In this document: piece after piece, positions 28,263-42,200 of the stretch
How positions within the stretch are numbered: the stretch's first letter is position 1
How the letters are laid out: each line of letters opens with the position of its first letter
Assembly: GCA_902547295.1 (NCBI GenBank)
Contig: CACCNJ010000001.1
Location: 105,137 to 169,136 of the forward strand
Direction: 5' to 3'
DNA length: 64,000 nucleotides
DNA from: an uncultured SAR86 cluster bacterium
GTDB lineage: Bacteria > Pseudomonadota > Gammaproteobacteria > Magnimaribacterales > D2472
Notes under the pieces: model-generated
The model's database searches: none
The model's input: the letters and a program-made list of their open reading frames with translations, nothing else
What the model was told of the DNA's origin: nothing
Made by a program: the position numbers and the translations under genes

Positions 28263-28659
28263 TGTATTGATAGTCCATACTTCATGGTATGAAAACCACA
28301 TCTCACAAATGATAAAAGTTTCATCTGAAATATTAAGTAATAATTTCAAATGTTTTACTGCAAAAGCACCTGGTGCAATTGAGCTGGCTGCTCTTGCAAA
28401 AAATAAACTAAATAAAAATGACTTTGTTGGTATTATTTTTATGGGGATTATTATTAGGGGTGAAACAAGTCATTATGATTTAGTAACTCAGGAAACTTTT
28501 AGATCTATTGGTTCATTAGCGGAAAATTATTCTGACATTGCAATAATTAATAATGTTCTGTGTGTTGAAAATGAAAACCAGCTTATTGAAAGGCTAGAAA
28601 AAAATACAAAAAATAATACTAATGCATTAATAAGTCTTATTGATGAAAAATCTGTCTAA
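28255..28659 (+). CDS. ribH: 6,7-dimethyl-8-ribityllumazine synthase (divergent, short)
   Basis: 134 aa with APGAIELA and GIIIRGETSHYDLV (compare VIRGGTxHFEYV). It sits between ribB and nusB. Confidence 0.8.
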   Translation: MNNVLIVHTSWYENHISQMIKVSSEILSNNFKCFTAKAPGAIELAALAKNKLNKNDFVGIIFMGIIIRGETSHYDLVTQETFRSIGSLAENYSDIAIINNVLCVENENQLIERLEKNTKNNTNALISLIDEKSV

Positions 28660-29056
28660 TTACAAGATAATAATTAAAACAAGGGAATATTTAATTCAAG
28701 CTATTTATCAAATGTTATTTAGCAATGATGCTGTTCAAAAAATAATAATTCAATTTAAAGAAGAGCATAAGGATAAGAAAGTTAATTTCAATGAATTTTC
28801 CGACTCACTAAAATCTATTGATAAAAATAAAAAAGAAATTGAATCAGTTATTAAATCAGCGGGCATTTCCAGTTCAAGTATTGAATTGATTGATAAATCA
28901 ATTCTAATTTTTGCAATCAACGAAATGTTTTATGGTGACTTGGACAAACCCATAATTATTGATGAATCTATTAGATTAGCAAAGAAGTTTTCAAGCCCTG
29001 AGTCATATAAATTTTTAAATGCTACATTAGATAAAATTTTAAAAAGAGGTATTTAA
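28640..29056 (+). CDS. nusB: transcription antitermination factor NusB
   Basis: 138 aa with REYLIQAIYQMLF near the N-terminus and a position after ribH. The sequence is divergent. Confidence 0.8.
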   Translation: MMKNLSNYKIIIKTREYLIQAIYQMLFSNDAVQKIIIQFKEEHKDKKVNFNEFSDSLKSIDKNKKEIESVIKSAGISSSSIELIDKSILIFAINEMFYGDLDKPIIIDESIRLAKKFSSPESYKFLNATLDKILKRGI

Positions 29057-29060
29057 AAGA

Positions 29061-31145
<2,085 letters not shown>

Positions 31146-31162
<17 letters not shown>

Positions 31163-32195
31163 CTTTCTTTTTATTTTCTTCCATTATTTTATCTAGAGGT
31201 AAATATAAAAGATTGTTACCACCCTCCACGTCAACCATAATTTTAGTTGAATTAGAAAGAACTGACTGTAATGCATCTAAATATAATCTGTCTCTTGTAA
31301 CCTCAGGTGCTTTAGCATATTCCTCGAGAAGTTGATTAAATCTCTCAACTTCACCTTCAGCTTTTGCTACAACCTCTTCTTTATAAGCCTCAGCACCTCT
31401 AATTCTTGCCTGAGCTTGTCCTCTAGCCTCAGGAACAATAGATAATGCATATCTTTCGGCTTCGTTCTGTAATCTTTCTTTATCCTCTCTAGCAGCAACA
31501 ACATCATCAAAAGCATTCTTTACCGCAGCAGGAGGATCAGTTTTTTCTATATTAACCTGTTGAACAATCAGGCCTGTTTGATAAATATCAAGATAAGACT
31601 GAAGTCTAGTTTGGACTTCTTGTGCGATATTTTCTCTTCCAACAGTTAGCGTCTGATCTAATGTATTATCTCCAACGACATGCCTTAATGCACTTTCTAT
31701 AGCATTTCTTAGACTACCTTCAGGATCCTTAACGTTAAGGACAAAATCTTTTAGATTTGCGATTCTATATTGAGCTGAAACTGTAACATCAACAATGTTC
31801 TCATCTTTTGTAAGCATGCTATTAGTTTGAGTATATCGTCTTGTTAGTGATACATTCTCAATATATCTATCATCGATACCAGCTAGTCTAAAGTTAAGAC
31901 CTTCTTCCTGTTCTTCATAAAACTTTCCAAGTCTTAGTATTACCGCTCTTTCAGAAGCATCTAACTGATATATACATTGAGATGCATATACGATTGAAAA
32001 TCCGAATAGAGCATACATTAGCATTCTAGAAGATGGAAACTTAAATCCACCACTATTTCCGCTTCCGCCAGATCCGTTACTTGAAGATTTTTTACCTCCA
32101 AGAATGGATGAAAATTTCTTCATTAATTCATCAAAGTCAGGAGCATCATTTTTGTTACCCCATGGATCTTTATCATTTTGGTTTTCCCAGTTCAC
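31146..32195 (-). CDS. hflK: FtsH protease modulator HflK
   Basis: 349 aa with a Gly/Ser-rich N-terminus, a TM, an SPFH domain and a coiled-coil tail (EAERYALSIVPEARGQAQARIRGAEAYKEE). Confidence 0.9.
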
Positions 32196-32256
32196 TTTTA
32201 TGTAATACCTCGTTTGAAATTATATTATAAACTTATGTTGGGACTTATTATTACAT

Positions 32257-33194
32257 TTAAAGTGCTGTAATTAACTTTTTAACGTCATTTTCCAGCATCT
32301 CAGGTTCCATTAAATCGATTTCTTTAAATTTATCCCAACTTCTTATCCATGTAGTTTGTCTTTTTGCAAGTTGTCTAGTTGCGAATAACGCTTTATCAAA
32401 AAAAGTTTCATGGTCATATTTTTTTTCTATGAATTCAAAAGCCTGTTTATAGTTAACTGATTTTCTAAGGGGGTGGTTAAGATCAAGATCATACTTGTTA
32501 AGTAAATTCTTCGCCTCATCAACCAAGCCTTGTTTTATAATTTTTTTTAATCTAGTTTTAATTCTTTCATGGAGAATATTTCTGTCGATTGAAATACAAA
32601 ATTGAGAAACATCAAATTTATTTGATAAACAATCTTTGTTATTATCTAAGAAAACTTCACTCATTCTTTTTCCACTTTTTTCAAATACTTCTAAAGCTCT
32701 AATTATCCTTATTTCGTCATTTTTATTTATTTTCTTAGCATACTCAGGATCTATTTGATTCAGTTTTTCATGAAGAAAGAAATCTTTGTTATTAGTTTTA
32801 AGTTTTTTGAGGCTATCTCTAAATTTTTGATCTCTTTCAGGCAAATCATTTATACCAGTATATAAAGATTTAAAATACATCATTGAGCCGCCAACAAAAA
32901 TTGGAAGTTTATTTTTATTATGAGTAATTTCAATAATTTCCATTGAACGTCTATAAAAATCTGCAACCGTGAAAACTTCATTTGGACAAATAATATCTAC
33001 CAAATGGTGAGGATATTTTGCAAGAACATTTTTGTTAGGTTTTGCTGAACCAATATCGCAATCTTTATAAACCATAACTGAGTCAACGCTAATCAACTCA
33101 ACAGGAAATTTTTTTGCTAAATTTATTGTGAGATCTGTTTTTCCAGATGCGGTAGGCCCAAAAAGAAAAACTATTGGTTTATCTAATTTATTTA

Positions 33195-33195
<1 letters not shown>
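32257..33195 (-). CDS. miaA: tRNA dimethylallyltransferase; 5' end extended beyond the track ORF to include the P-loop; putative ATA start overlapping the glnB stop
   Basis: The track ORF begins at an internal TTG (..VELISVDSVMVYKDCDIGSAKP). The same frame continues upstream as I-N-K-L-D-K-P-I-V-F-L-F-G-P-T-A-S-G-K-T (P-loop at 33159-33136). An in-frame TGA lies at 33210-33208. No ATG/GTG/TTG occurs in between, only ATA at 33195-33193 and 33174-33172. The gene call is secure; the start is uncertain. Confidence 0.85.
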
Positions 33196-34773
<1,578 letters not shown>

Positions 34774-34818
34774 AAAATATCTAATGATTCACATTGTAAT
34801 GATACATCTTAATTCCAA

Positions 34819-35691
34819 ATGAAAAATGCTTTATTGGTAATTCTAATTATTTTTTGGAAAATATTAGTTTTTTTTCCAAGAAAATTTCAAAATTTCATTG
34901 CTACAGTTTTGGGTCATTTTATTAATTGGTTACCGCTAAAAAGAAACCGTATAAGTAAAGTAAATATTGACTTATGCTTTAAAGATCTTAGTCAAAAAGA
35001 TAGAGATAATATCCATAAAAAAAATACAATCGAATTTGCCAAAGTTATATTTGATACAGGTATTTCATGGTTTTGGTCTGATAATAGAATAAAAAAAAAT
35101 ATTCCATATAAAATTAATGGTCTCCAAGCTATATTAAATAATCAAAATGACAAGAATGGTATTCTGTTGTTATTTAAACATTCCCTTCATCTTGAGCTTG
35201 ATTCAAGAATTCTAGCAATGCATTCAGAAATTTATGGTATTGAAAGAGAACATAATTCAAAAATGTTTGAAAATATTCAAAGATCAGGAAGACTTAAAAG
35301 CATGAAAGGAATTACAGATAGGGATAACACTCTAACTTTTATGAGATGGCTCAAGAAAGGTAAGACTGTTTTATACGCACCAGATCAAGATTATGGAATC
35401 AAAAAATCTATAAAGGTAAATTTTTTTGGAATTCCAGCTGCAACAGTTACAGCACCATTAAAAATTATTGAAAAAACTGGATGTAAAGTTTTTTTTATAA
35501 ACTCCTATTTTAATAATGGAAAACTCATATTGGATCTTGAAGAGATTAATATAGATCAATCATCTGTTGAAAACTTTTCTAGGCAATTAAATTTAATTAT
35601 TGAAAATAAGATTAGACTTCATCCGCATGAATACCTTTGGCAACATAGAAGGTTTAAATCAACACTCGGAAAGAAAAAAATATATCAATGA
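34819..35691 (+). CDS. lpxL: lipid A biosynthesis (Kdo)2-lipid IVA acyltransferase (LpxL/HtrB family)
   Basis: 290 aa with an N-terminal TM, acyltransferase H(x)4[DE] region (HSLHLELD), ..LYAPDQDYG.. and ..HPHEYLWQHRRFK. It is divergent from waaA. Confidence 0.8.
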   Translation: MKNALLVILIIFWKILVFFPRKFQNFIATVLGHFINWLPLKRNRISKVNIDLCFKDLSQKDRDNIHKKNTIEFAKVIFDTGISWFWSDNRIKKNIPYKINGLQAILNNQNDKNGILLLFKHSLHLELDSRILAMHSEIYGIEREHNSKMFENIQRSGRLKSMKGITDRDNTLTFMRWLKKGKTVLYAPDQDYGIKKSIKVNFFGIPAATVTAPLKIIEKTGCKVFFINSYFNNGKLILDLEEINIDQSSVENFSRQLNLIIENKIRLHPHEYLWQHRRFKSTLGKKKIYQ

Positions 35692-36290
35692 ATTTTCAAC
35701 AAATAAAAAATCTAAAAGGATTTATGCCTGATCATGAAGGTATGGCTCTTTTTAAATGGGCGAAGAAATTTTCAGCACTTGGGCCCATTTTAGAAATTGG
35801 AACATATTGTGGTAAATCATCAATGTATCTCTCATTGGGTGCTAAAAAAAATGATCAATATGTTTTTACAATTGATCATCACCTTGGTTCTGAGGAACAT
35901 CAAATTAATGAGGAGTATTTTGATGATGAGACATATGATCACAATAATAAAAGAGTAAACACACTTCCTTTGTTAATTGAGAATATAAATCAATGCAAAG
36001 CAAAGAATATTGTCCCAATAGTTGCTGATTCCAAAGAAATATCCTCTAATTGGATATCAAATATAGGTATGCTATTCATTGATGGAGGACATTCATACGA
36101 ATCAGCTAACAATGACTATAAATACTGGGAATCAAAAATAATAAAAGGCGGTTGTTTAGTAATACATGATATCTATGAGAATCCTGATGAAGGTGGCCAA
36201 GCACCATATGAAATATTTCAAAAAGCACTAAAAAGTAACTATAAAATTTATGATCGTGTTGACACTGTAGTGTGCTTAATAAAGAGCTGA
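35688..36290 (+). CDS. class I SAM-dependent methyltransferase (family-3 O-MT / Methyltransf_24-like)
   Basis: 200 aa with ILEIGTYCGKSSMYL and LFIDGGHSYE. Its start overlaps the lpxL stop by 4 nt. Confidence 0.7.
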   Translation: MNFQQIKNLKGFMPDHEGMALFKWAKKFSALGPILEIGTYCGKSSMYLSLGAKKNDQYVFTIDHHLGSEEHQINEEYFDDETYDHNNKRVNTLPLLIENINQCKAKNIVPIVADSKEISSNWISNIGMLFIDGGHSYESANNDYKYWESKIIKGGCLVIHDIYENPDEGGQAPYEIFQKALKSNYKIYDRVDTVVCLIKS

Positions 36291-37337
36291 TTGATCTTTT
36301 AAAAATAAATCAGAAGCATCTGTAAAATTTAATACAGAATCTGCAGCAATTATCAGGGCTGCCGCTGTCCAGCTGGGTTTTTCATTTGGCCAAAAAATAC
36401 TTTCCTCATACTGCCATCCCATGTATGGAATTTTATTCTCATCAGAAATGTTTATTACATCTAATAGAAGTTCCTTAGACTTTTTCACATCACCAAAAAT
36501 CAAAAGAGATATTATAAATTCAGATGTTTCGGCTACAGTAATCCATGGCTCTTCTTTAACGCACTTTATACCAATGCCATTCACATAAAAACATGAAAAA
36601 GTTTTATCGATATAAGATTTTATTTCATCTTCATTTAGACATCCTGACAAAATTGGATAATAAGAGTCCATAGAAAATCTCTTTCTATCTTTTAAAATGT
36701 CAAATTTTCCATTTGGGTTTTTTAAGGCCTTGGATAATAAATTATATGATTTTGTCCACCTTTCAGTATTATTATTTTTCTTTAAAATATAAGAAATTGC
36801 TAACCCACACTCAATACTTTTTAATATAGAAGATGACCCTGTCACTAAAAAATCGTTTTCTATTTCTCCATGTATATTTATTGACCATGGAATTGTTCCG
36901 TTCTTAATTTGAAGATTCAAAGAAAAATTAATTGCGGACTCAATCGTTTGCCACAATTCTCCCAAAAAATCTTTATCATTAAAAATCTTATAATAATGTA
37001 AAGCAGCAACAGAGATATATGGTCCAAAATGTGTTGGTTTGTTTTTTTCAACCGGAATACTATGTTTGTATTTTGCGAACCAACTTCCATCTTCATTTTG
37101 ATTTTTTACTAGCCAATTAAAAGCTCTTTTTGAAGATTCATTTTCTTTAATAAAATTTAGTCCCATTATTGACTCGATATGATCCCATGGATCATGAGAG
37201 CCATCTTCGTTTGAGGGTATTGCTCCAGATTCATGTTGAATAGTTTTTATATATTTTCCAAGATTTTGAAAAAAAGTAATATCTAAGTCTTTAGAAGAAT
37301 ATAGTCTTTTAGGATGATGCATTTTACATCTTTTCAA
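36276..37337 (-). CDS. alpha/alpha-toroid protein (prenyltransferase / terpene-cyclase-like or six-hairpin-glycosidase-like), function unknown
   Basis: 353 aa with repeated motifs HESGAIPS..DPWDHIES, KNQNEDGSWF and KNGTIPWS. Last gene of the GT4-MT-toroid string (start may be the ATG at 37322). The family call needs a profile search. Confidence 0.55.
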   Translation of the reverse strand: MKRCKMHHPKRLYSSKDLDITFFQNLGKYIKTIQHESGAIPSNEDGSHDPWDHIESIMGLNFIKENESSKRAFNWLVKNQNEDGSWFAKYKHSIPVEKNKPTHFGPYISVAALHYYKIFNDKDFLGELWQTIESAINFSLNLQIKNGTIPWSINIHGEIENDFLVTGSSSILKSIECGLAISYILKKNNNTERWTKSYNLLSKALKNPNGKFDILKDRKRFSMDSYYPILSGCLNEDEIKSYIDKTFSCFYVNGIGIKCVKEEPWITVAETSEFIISLLIFGDVKKSKELLLDVINISDENKIPYMGWQYEESIFWPNEKPSWTAAALIIAADSVLNFTDASDLFLKDQSALY

Positions 37338-38028
37338 AATACATTGAAAAACTTTTGCCCATAATCGGATTCATTAATTTATCAATACTATCAATGATTA
37401 TAGGTTTTTTGAGAATATGTCTTTCAAGGATCTTCTTATATGCTTTAACAATTAAATTTTCGTCCTGAGAATTCCAAAAGAGGCATCTGAACCACCAATA
37501 TGGACTATGGATAGAATGAAATTTTTCAGATGATAAAAATTTAAAACCGCAATCTTCAATTTCACGAATAAGTTTCTTTTGATCGAATATTCTCAGGTGT
37601 CCTCCTGACTGATTTTGATACTCCTTTGATAAATACCAGCAAACCTTTTCGGGCCAAGATGCAGGCACGCTTGCAAAAAATTTTCCACCAGGCTTTAAAA
37701 CCCTTTTTATTTCAATAACTGCATCATTGTATTCATGCAAATGCTCTAAAACTTCAGAACATACTATTAAATCAAACGTATCATCTGAGAAAGGTAATGA
37801 GTATGCTGATCCCTTCATAAATTCTGCTCCAGCATCAGATATAGATTCAAAATATGCATAACCCTCTTCAGCCTTCTTAAGAGAATCATTATCCATATCA
37901 AGCCCTATGCATTTCATCTTTGGAAATTCTTGCATAACACCAAATATGTGTCTGCCCTCTCCACATCCGACATCAAGCATCGAACCATCTTCATTGAGAT
38001 CATATTTTTTAAAATTAAAAGTTAGCAT
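37324..38028 (-). CDS. class I SAM-dependent methyltransferase (Methyltransf_11 type)
   Basis: 234 aa with motif I MLDVGCGEGRH, FDLIVCSEVLEHL and LKPGGKFF. It overlaps each neighbour by 14 nt. Confidence 0.85.
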   Translation of the reverse strand: MLTFNFKKYDLNEDGSMLDVGCGEGRHIFGVMQEFPKMKCIGLDMDNDSLKKAEEGYAYFESISDAGAEFMKGSAYSLPFSDDTFDLIVCSEVLEHLHEYNDAVIEIKRVLKPGGKFFASVPASWPEKVCWYLSKEYQNQSGGHLRIFDQKKLIREIEDCGFKFLSSEKFHSIHSPYWWFRCLFWNSQDENLIVKAYKKILERHILKKPIIIDSIDKLMNPIMGKSFSMYFEKM

Positions 38029-39268
38029 TGTTAAATTCTTCTATAGTTTTTGAGATAACCTTTTCATATTCTTCAGTGATCTTAATCCAATTAAAATTTT
38101 GAATTACATGTTGCCTGCCCTTCTTAGCAATTTCAATATATTTAGGATAATTCGAAAATATCTCTTTAACACTATTTGATATCATTTCGGAATTTTTTGG
38201 TTCAATCAATTTGGCATAATTTGATGTAAGTTCAGGAATTGCTGAAACATTTGTGGCGATTAAAGGAATCTCGCAACTCATTGCTTCAATAACAGGATAG
38301 CCAAATCCTTCATATAAAGAACTAACTATCGCAATTGAACTTGAAGCATAAAGCTCTTTAATTTCAAGTTTGGATAAATTAGATCTAAAAATAACATTTG
38401 CCTCAAGATTTAATTTTTTTATTAGTCTTTCAGTATGTCCATTTTTTTTTATTTTCCCAATAATTATTAAATGTATTTTTGGGAAATCATTTTTAAGAAT
38501 TTTTAGGGCTTTTAATGTGTAATCCAATCCCTTAAGAGGCACATCAGCACTTGCTGTGGTAATTAATCTATATTCCTTTCTTGAAAAATTTTCTATTGGT
38601 GCAAACTCATTTGTATCCAAACCGTTGTTAATAACGCTTATATTTAATTTGCTACATTCAAATTCTTCAATTATTCCATCTCTAGAGCTATTTGATGGAG
38701 TGATTATTCTTTTAATACTAGGCGCAACTTTTTTTTGCATTTTTAAAAATGAATACCATCTATGCCTTGAGATTTTGTATTTAATTTTTTTTGATGATTG
38801 AAGCTCATATTTATAATCAATTGTTATGGGATGATGAATTATCTCAATAAAAGGTATTCGTTTTTGAATTTCTAGCATTCCATAACTTAATGATTGATTA
38901 TCAATTATCAAATCATAATGATTATTTGAACTTAAATATTGATTAGCCCTGAAGCCAAAAGTTTTAGGCTCTGGAAAACCTCCAAATAATACTGATATGA
39001 ATTCATAGTAATCATATCTACTTTTATTTTTCTTTTTAAAAAATTTCTTACATCTATCTTTGAAGTCAAAAGTTTCAAATAAATCTAGTCCCGGTAATTT
39101 GATTAAGTTTATTCCATGATGAAGATTTGGATATGGTGGACCTGAAATTACATCTACATTGTGGCCCATTAAACTCAATGCATATGAGATATCTTTTACA
39201 TATACTCCTTGGCCTCCACCAAATTGAGCACTTCGATAACTCAGGATTGCTATTTTTAAATTACGCAA
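38015..39268 (-). CDS. glycosyltransferase family 4 (GT-B fold)
   Basis: 417 aa with N-terminal GGQGVYVKDIS and the C-terminal E-x7-E motif EGFGYPVIEAMSCEIPLIATN. Confidence 0.85.
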   Translation of the reverse strand: MRNLKIAILSYRSAQFGGGQGVYVKDISYALSLMGHNVDVISGPPYPNLHHGINLIKLPGLDLFETFDFKDRCKKFFKKKNKSRYDYYEFISVLFGGFPEPKTFGFRANQYLSSNNHYDLIIDNQSLSYGMLEIQKRIPFIEIIHHPITIDYKYELQSSKKIKYKISRHRWYSFLKMQKKVAPSIKRIITPSNSSRDGIIEEFECSKLNISVINNGLDTNEFAPIENFSRKEYRLITTASADVPLKGLDYTLKALKILKNDFPKIHLIIIGKIKKNGHTERLIKKLNLEANVIFRSNLSKLEIKELYASSSIAIVSSLYEGFGYPVIEAMSCEIPLIATNVSAIPELTSNYAKLIEPKNSEMISNSVKEIFSNYPKYIEIAKKGRQHVIQNFNWIKITEEYEKVISKTIEEFNNANF

Positions 39269-39272
39269 GGTT

Positions 39273-40193
39273 TTACTTAATGAACGTTAACCAGCTTTGA
39301 TAGAACTTATCATGTCCAGATATTATTTCTTGAAATTTTTCTTGGAGTTGTTTTGTAATTTCTCCTCTAGATCCATTATTTATTAAATTATTATCCAGTT
39401 TTGAAATTGGCGTTATTTCTACAGCTGTTCCAGTAAAGAAAGCTTCGTCTGCATTGAGTAGTTCGTCATAATCAAGATTTTTTTCTTTAACTTGAAGATT
39501 TAAGTCTTTGGCGATTTGAATAACCGATTGCCTGGTTATGCCATTTAAGCAGTGATCCGTAGTAGGAGTATACATATGACCGTCTTTCACAATAAAGATG
39601 TTTTCACCACTGCCTTCTGAGATATACCCATTTTTATCAAGCATAATTGCTTCATCAGCTCCATTATCTAAGGCTTCGTGAAGGGCCATTGTATTACTGA
39701 AATATGTTCCAATTATTTTATTTCCAGAATGAAGAGGATTTTCATACTGCTTATGAGAGGACTTCATTACTGATATACCTTTTTCTTTTGCTTCGGGATC
39801 CATATATGATGGCCATTCCCATGCAGCTATGGCAACATTTACACTCAAATCTTTTGCTCTAAGACCAAGGCCTTCATTACCTAAATAAACAATTGGTCTT
39901 AAATATCCTTCTTTAAGATTATTTTTTTCAAGAGTCTCACATTGAGCTAAATTTAGTTCAGATTCTGAAAATGGAATACTAATACTTATTTTTGAAGCTG
40001 CATCAAAAAGCCTTTTGGTGTGATCAGATAGTCTAAATATTGCTGGTCCATTATTTGTTTTATATGCTCTTACGCCTTCAAATACTCCAGTTCCATAGTG
40101 CAAAGTATGAGATAAAATATGAACATTGGAGTCATTCCATCTCTCAAAAGATCCATTTTTCCATATATATTTATTTTCAGTATCTACAAACAC
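39273..40193 (-). CDS. ilvE: branched-chain amino acid aminotransferase
   Basis: 306 aa, GTG start. Fold-type IV motifs: HYGTGVFEGVRAY, EGSGENIF, GITR, TGTAVEITP. Confidence 0.92.
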   Translation of the reverse strand: MFVDTENKYIWKNGSFERWNDSNVHILSHTLHYGTGVFEGVRAYKTNNGPAIFRLSDHTKRLFDAASKISISIPFSESELNLAQCETLEKNNLKEGYLRPIVYLGNEGLGLRAKDLSVNVAIAAWEWPSYMDPEAKEKGISVMKSSHKQYENPLHSGNKIIGTYFSNTMALHEALDNGADEAIMLDKNGYISEGSGENIFIVKDGHMYTPTTDHCLNGITRQSVIQIAKDLNLQVKEKNLDYDELLNADEAFFTGTAVEITPISKLDNNLINNGSRGEITKQLQEKFQEIISGHDKFYQSWLTFIK

Positions 40194-40256
40194 GTTTCAA
40201 GATATAATTGTGAATGATTATTATTGCAAAATCATACCTATAACTAAAGTAAAATT

Positions 40257-41627
40257 ATGGAAATAGCAAAATCAATTTTCAGAGAATATGACATTAGGGG
40301 TGTTTATCCTGATCAAGTAAATGAAAATGCAATAAGTCTTATAGCAAAAGCTATTGCTATAAAATGTGATCAAGAGAATGTTAGAGAGATATGCATTGGT
40401 AGAGACGGCAGACTGTCGGGAGAATCTCTACTCAAATCAATAGAAAGATCTCTTTCTTACTATGGAATCAATATACAAAATATTGGTTTAGTTACAACTC
40501 CACTGTTGTACTATGCGGCAAAAAAAAATAAATGTAAGAGTGGTGTGATGATTACAGGCAGTCATAATCCTAAAAATTATAATGGTATAAAACTCATTAT
40601 TAATGATAAGCCAGTTTCTGGAAACGAGATATACAATTTACTTGATAGAGATAAAGATAAGTCAGAAGTTCCAGGCAAAATTGAATTCTTTGATATCAAA
40701 AGTAATTATATTGAAGAAGTAAAAAATAATATTCAGATTGATGAGAGTTTTAAATTAAAAGTGGTAATTGATTGTGGGAATGGTGCTGCAGGATGTATAG
40801 CCCCAAAACTATTTAGCGAACTAGGCTGTGAAGTTATTGAACTTTTCACTGAAGTAGATGGAAATTTTCCTAATCACCATCCTGATCCAGGCAAATTAGA
40901 AAATCTTCAAGATTTAATAGCAAAAGTTAAATTAACAAAAGCTGATTTGGGTTTAGCATTTGATGGTGATGGAGATCGAGTAGGTTTAATTTCTGATAAA
41001 GGTGATGTTATATATCCTGACAAAATCTTGATGATGTTCTGCAAAGAAATCCTCAATAAAAATAAAGGGTCTATAATCTTTGATGTTAAATGTACCAATG
41101 CCCTTCCAGATTTGATAAAAAATTTAGGCGGAACACCTATAATGTCACCAACTGGACACTTTCATATCAAAAATGGTATCAGAGAACATAATCCACTTCT
41201 AGCAGGTGAAATGAGTGGTCATATTTTTTTTAATGACAAATGGCATGGCTTTGATGATGGACATTATTCAGGTGCAAGAATCATTGAGTTAATATCAAAT
41301 AATAAAAGAAGTATTTCTGCTATTAATAATGATTTACCAAACTTATTTTCAACTCCTGAGTTAAATATTACGGTTACAGACGAAACGAAATTTAAAATAA
41401 TTGAAGACTTTTCTATGAAATGTAATCTAGAGGGAGAAAAAATAAATATAGATGGATTAAGAATAAATTTTAAAAATGGCTGGGGGCTTTTAAGAGCATC
41501 AAATACAACACCAAAATTGGTAATGAGGTTCGAAGGAAATACTGAAGATGATTTAGAAGAAATTCAAAGCAATTTTTTACATGAACTTTCTCGCATTTGT
41601 CCAAATATTGATATAAATTTAGATTAA
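40257..41627 (+). CDS. phosphomannomutase / phosphoglucomutase (AlgC/ManB type)
   Basis: 456 aa with phosphoserine loop TGSHNPKNYNGIK, metal loop FDGDGDRVG and sugar loop GEMSGHIFF. Confidence 0.92.
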   Translation: MEIAKSIFREYDIRGVYPDQVNENAISLIAKAIAIKCDQENVREICIGRDGRLSGESLLKSIERSLSYYGINIQNIGLVTTPLLYYAAKKNKCKSGVMITGSHNPKNYNGIKLIINDKPVSGNEIYNLLDRDKDKSEVPGKIEFFDIKSNYIEEVKNNIQIDESFKLKVVIDCGNGAAGCIAPKLFSELGCEVIELFTEVDGNFPNHHPDPGKLENLQDLIAKVKLTKADLGLAFDGDGDRVGLISDKGDVIYPDKILMMFCKEILNKNKGSIIFDVKCTNALPDLIKNLGGTPIMSPTGHFHIKNGIREHNPLLAGEMSGHIFFNDKWHGFDDGHYSGARIIELISNNKRSISAINNDLPNLFSTPELNITVTDETKFKIIEDFSMKCNLEGEKINIDGLRINFKNGWGLLRASNTTPKLVMRFEGNTEDDLEEIQSNFLHELSRICPNIDINLD

Positions 41628-41630
41628 TCA

Positions 41631-42200
41631 ATGAAAAAAGATAGAAAAAATATCATACTCCAATCACTTGCCGGCATGCTTGAAGAAAGAAATTTGTCAA
41701 AAGTCACAACTGCTTCTTTGGCTGAAAAATCCAATATAACTGAAGCTGCTTTGTATAGACATTTTCCAAGCAAAAGATCAATTTACGCTGAGCTTTTTTC
41801 ATTTTGTGACAATACTGTCTTTGCTAAATGTAATGAATTAAAAAAGGAAAAGATCTCTTCAAAAGATAAAGTAAAAAATGCTTTTATTTTTTTTATGTTA
41901 TTTATTGAAAAAAACAAAGGCTTTGCAAGACTTCTATCTCGAGAGGCTCTATCATCAGATGAGCAAAATGTTAGTGAAAACGTAAATCAATTTTATGAAA
42001 GATTTGAGCTGATGCTGAGACAAATGCTTAAAGAAGATGAAAAAAATCTTAGAACACAAGCAGGTATTTCTGCTCAATTAATTATTACCACCTTAGAAGG
42101 AAATATTGGAAGATATATTAGGTCTAAATTTAAAGATTCTCCTTCATCTTATATTGAAAATGTTTGGAGCCTTTTGTCACTAAGTATATTTAAAGATTAA
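41631..42200 (+). CDS. slmA: nucleoid occlusion factor SlmA (TetR family)
   Basis: 189 aa with [38 protein letters not shown]. This closely parallels my recollection of E. coli SlmA ([35 protein letters not shown]). Confidence 0.8.
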   Translation: [189 protein letters not shown]

